A DNA stretch of 64,000 nucleotides, taken from contig RDEW01000005.1 of assembly GCA_011109175.1 (NCBI GenBank), positions 186,001 through 250,000 of the forward strand, written 5' to 3'. Each line of letters opens with the position of its first letter. The stretch's first letter is position 1. Both the position numbers and the translations under genes were made by a program. Origin of the DNA: Dicyema japonicum (taxonomy: Eukaryota; Animalia; Dicyemida). Shown here one piece after another: positions 61,350 through 64,000 of this stretch. The notes beneath the pieces were generated by a model. That model was not told the DNA's origin. It saw nothing but the letters and a program-made list of their open reading frames with translations, and made no database searches.

Positions 61350-62250
61350 TTAACTTTTCTTAAATATTGCGGTGAGCTCTATATTCGACTGCATTTCAAT
61401 GAGCTCCATTTGAAATTCGTCTAGACGGTTGCAGGATCTATTTCTATAGGCCGCAGCTAAGTAGCAGCGAGCCGTGTTGAGAATCACTTCTCTAGGCAAT
61501 GATAAAATATGAGTGATTTCAGCTGGTTCTTTATAAGGCATCTGAAAACGGTTAAGTCTTAAGGATGGATTCCATTATCCTTTACCATGCGAACCAAAAT
61601 TAATTAGATAAATACTCTATCTCCTACTTTAAAGTCATATGCTGACTAATGAACATACATTTTTTATTCATCCTTTTGAAATAAAGTAAATTAAGGTCTG
61701 GTGGGCACAACGTTAACTCAAAATTATTCGTTATTTCTACTATTGGTTAAAGAAAATGTACCAAGCATTTGAATTATCTTCCACTTCCATCTCTTCGGTT
61801 GATTGAAAAGAAACATAAATCAAACACTCATTATATTTTATTTTCATACTTTAAGAAGAATGAAAAACCTGTATACTGAACAATATTTTACAACGGCTAC
61901 AATAACATATCTTTTGATGGCAAAATATGAGTATGGCCACTCTTTGATTAAAATGCCCATATGAATATAAGATATTTCACTCTTCTTTAAAAAAATTCTC
62001 AAGAAATTCGAGAAAACGCAGAATTTTGCTTTGAAGCTTGCTTACGGGAAAAATCCTTATGCCGATTCTCTAGTGGTTAAAGAAAAATGTGATAGGTTAC
62101 GGAACTATAGAAAATATTATTCGAGATTTCAAAACGGCAAAAGTATCTGGGACTTATCTTCAAAGATTACTCGGTGTATATAGGGAAGACTCTCTGGGTA
62201 GAAATTGGTTGGCAAGCCTACCGTTTTGTATTACCTCTCCTTTACCAGTG
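61350..62250 (-). CDS. Putative multi-exon gene of unknown function
   Basis: Candidate GT-AG introns at 61849-61868 (20 nt) and 61740-61761 (22 nt) flank an open 87-nt exon; 63-aa terminal ORF at 61350-61541. No recognised domain. Confidence 0.35.
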
Positions 62251-62940
62251 TAATAACTTATAAGCAAAAATAATAGAGAACAGAAACTTTATTTAAGCAT
62301 AAAATAGGAGATATATTAGAGAGTTGTTTTTAATTATTCCTGCCTCTATGGCTGGACACTTCACGGTCCCTCATCTCCATTCTTTTCTCAGTCTTGATTG
62401 TGGTCTAAACGGGTGGTCCTGGGGGTCAACAAATCGATGAACACGGAAGTCCAACGGGGGCCCCGGGGTGTCAACAAGCCGTTACAAGTGGCTGAACCCG
62501 TGAGACAAGAATAATTGAATTTCTTTGAAACTATAGAATTTTCGCAAAATATATAAAAAGAATCGGCAATTTTTGTGAAAAAGGAGGAAGATTCGAGAAT
62601 TAGTGTATTGGTTTAGGAGAATTGACCTTCTTATCTGGTATTGGAATTACGTCCAATTTCATAATAAATCGATATTAAGATCTTGAATTGTTTATCCTGA
62701 TAACTGTTTAACTGATTTAGCAAATTATTTAAAAGTGTAGTGCAGTTCGCATTTGGATAAATTTCACAATTAAAGATTTCTGATTCATTTTATCACGAAT
62801 ACATGTTTAATTAACTTAATAAAAATCATAATTTTTAGAAATGGGATTTTACGGATTTTTTTTTCAAATTGATGAATTCGGGAATTTTTTTACGGATTTT
62901 TTCATTTTATTATTATGAACATAAGCAGCTTTTGACTAGC

Positions 62941-63118
62941 GACGCCGTCATCACTGCGGAACCGGATCGTCTATAAAAGGACTCACATGCAACAAAAAGA
63001 AAAAAAAAGTTAAGAGCATTCCTTGGTTTTCTCGACTATTAGTTATGACAACTAAATAAAGGGTGTTGGAGGAGCTATAGCTAATATGGCTCTTCGTAAA
63101 GTGCAGTAATTTATTATA
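62941..63118 (+). mobile_element. 5'-truncated diverged SINE copy
   Basis: gacgccgtcatcactgcggaaccggat...taaataaag...tatggctct matches the 3' half of the SINE. Confidence 0.65.
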
Positions 63119-63489
63119 CGCAGCATAAAGAGTTATCGTCGCTTGTTGAGCGCCACAATTTTTAGTGAGACGCCTCAACAATCGAGGATTAGATTTTGCA
63201 GAGAGGATCATCCGGAGACCATCATCTATGAAGAATCTAAGCTTCATTTGTGAAAATTATATGTTTTGATCTAATCTTGGCTTTATGACGGATCCGATAG
63301 GTCTTAGTTTATTTTATTTATCTCTGAAATTGAAAGTATTTATAAATTTAAAAAATTATAAATAAGACGATTTTTAATTCCTAGTTTTGAATGTTTTTAG
63401 AAATATTGATTAAAATTATTCCAATCAATTAGCTGTTTACGTTAATTGGGCTTTGTTATAACCTAAATATAAAATTATCGTTCATTTGA

Positions 63490-64000
63490 ATGGACAAAAT
63501 TTTAGAATTAGCGAAAATTAATATTACGAAAAATATCGTTCATCTTAGTCATAAAGAGCATAGAGACTTAACTAAGAATTCAAAAGTACGTGTTTTCTCA
63601 ACTCAGGCAAAATTTTACTTCAAAACAGTAACGAAAAATGGACATGTGATCGATGACTACAAGAAAATGAGTAATCAACCATTTGAGATTATAATTGGTA
63701 AACAGTTTCAGTTTGAATATTGGGAGACGTGCATTAAATCTATGCGAGTTGGGGAAATGGCAGAGTTCACGGTCCCATCCCCGGTAGGCAAATTTATTAA
63801 ACTCAGATTTCGATTGGATACGCATTTTTCTCAGCAAACATAAGAAATATCCTTTCTGGAAAAAAGAGGAAGAGGTCTTGTTGTTCGAAAATGTTTGATC
63901 AGTCTACGGGATACGAAGACCTCGACCAACTCAGAGATCACCCACAGGAATTGACTTTTATATTTGGTTCTGGATTATTTTTAAAGTTCAGATTTTGTCG
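63490..64000 (+). CDS. AIP: AH receptor-interacting protein (FKBP-TPR co-chaperone), 5' part; runs off the window end
   Basis: FKBP-like domain FEIIIGKQFQFEYWETCIKSMRVGEMAEF (compare AIP [29 protein letters not shown]), then SCC...GYEDLDQL..HPQELTFIF. Introns 63586-63606 (21 nt), 63784-63806 (23 nt) and 63967-63991 (25 nt); one frameshift near 63870. Confidence 0.85.

Overview
This is AT-rich eukaryotic DNA, almost certainly from an animal, with no prokaryotic features. The few host genes have spliceosomal introns of only about 20-29 nt: a TMEM86/YhhN lysoplasmalogenase, two decaying RPB6/POLR2F copies, proteasome alpha subunit PSMA6, a GT31 beta-1,3-glycosyltransferase, AIP, and an orphan type I membrane protein. 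Such introns point to a reduced-genome parasite such as a dicyemid or myxozoan, but the taxon cannot be fixed from this window. Most of the window is decayed transposons: APE-type LINEs, RTE, CRE-clade REL retrotransposons, tRNA-derived SINEs, MULE, hAT and a foldback MITE. About 4.6-28.1 kb is tandemly duplicated at about 28.1-44.5 kb. The most unusual feature is a family of intronless Max/Myc-like bHLH-Zip ORFs (5 copies, 2 subtypes). Every copy lies directly 5' of CRE-clade retrotransposon sequence on the same strand, suggesting a composite bHLH-Zip + PHD-RT-REL element with internally deleted derivatives. Many genes carry single-base frameshifts, which could be assembly error or real decay. 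All family assignments come from motifs recognised by eye; no searches were run, and coordinates of degenerate elements are approximate.
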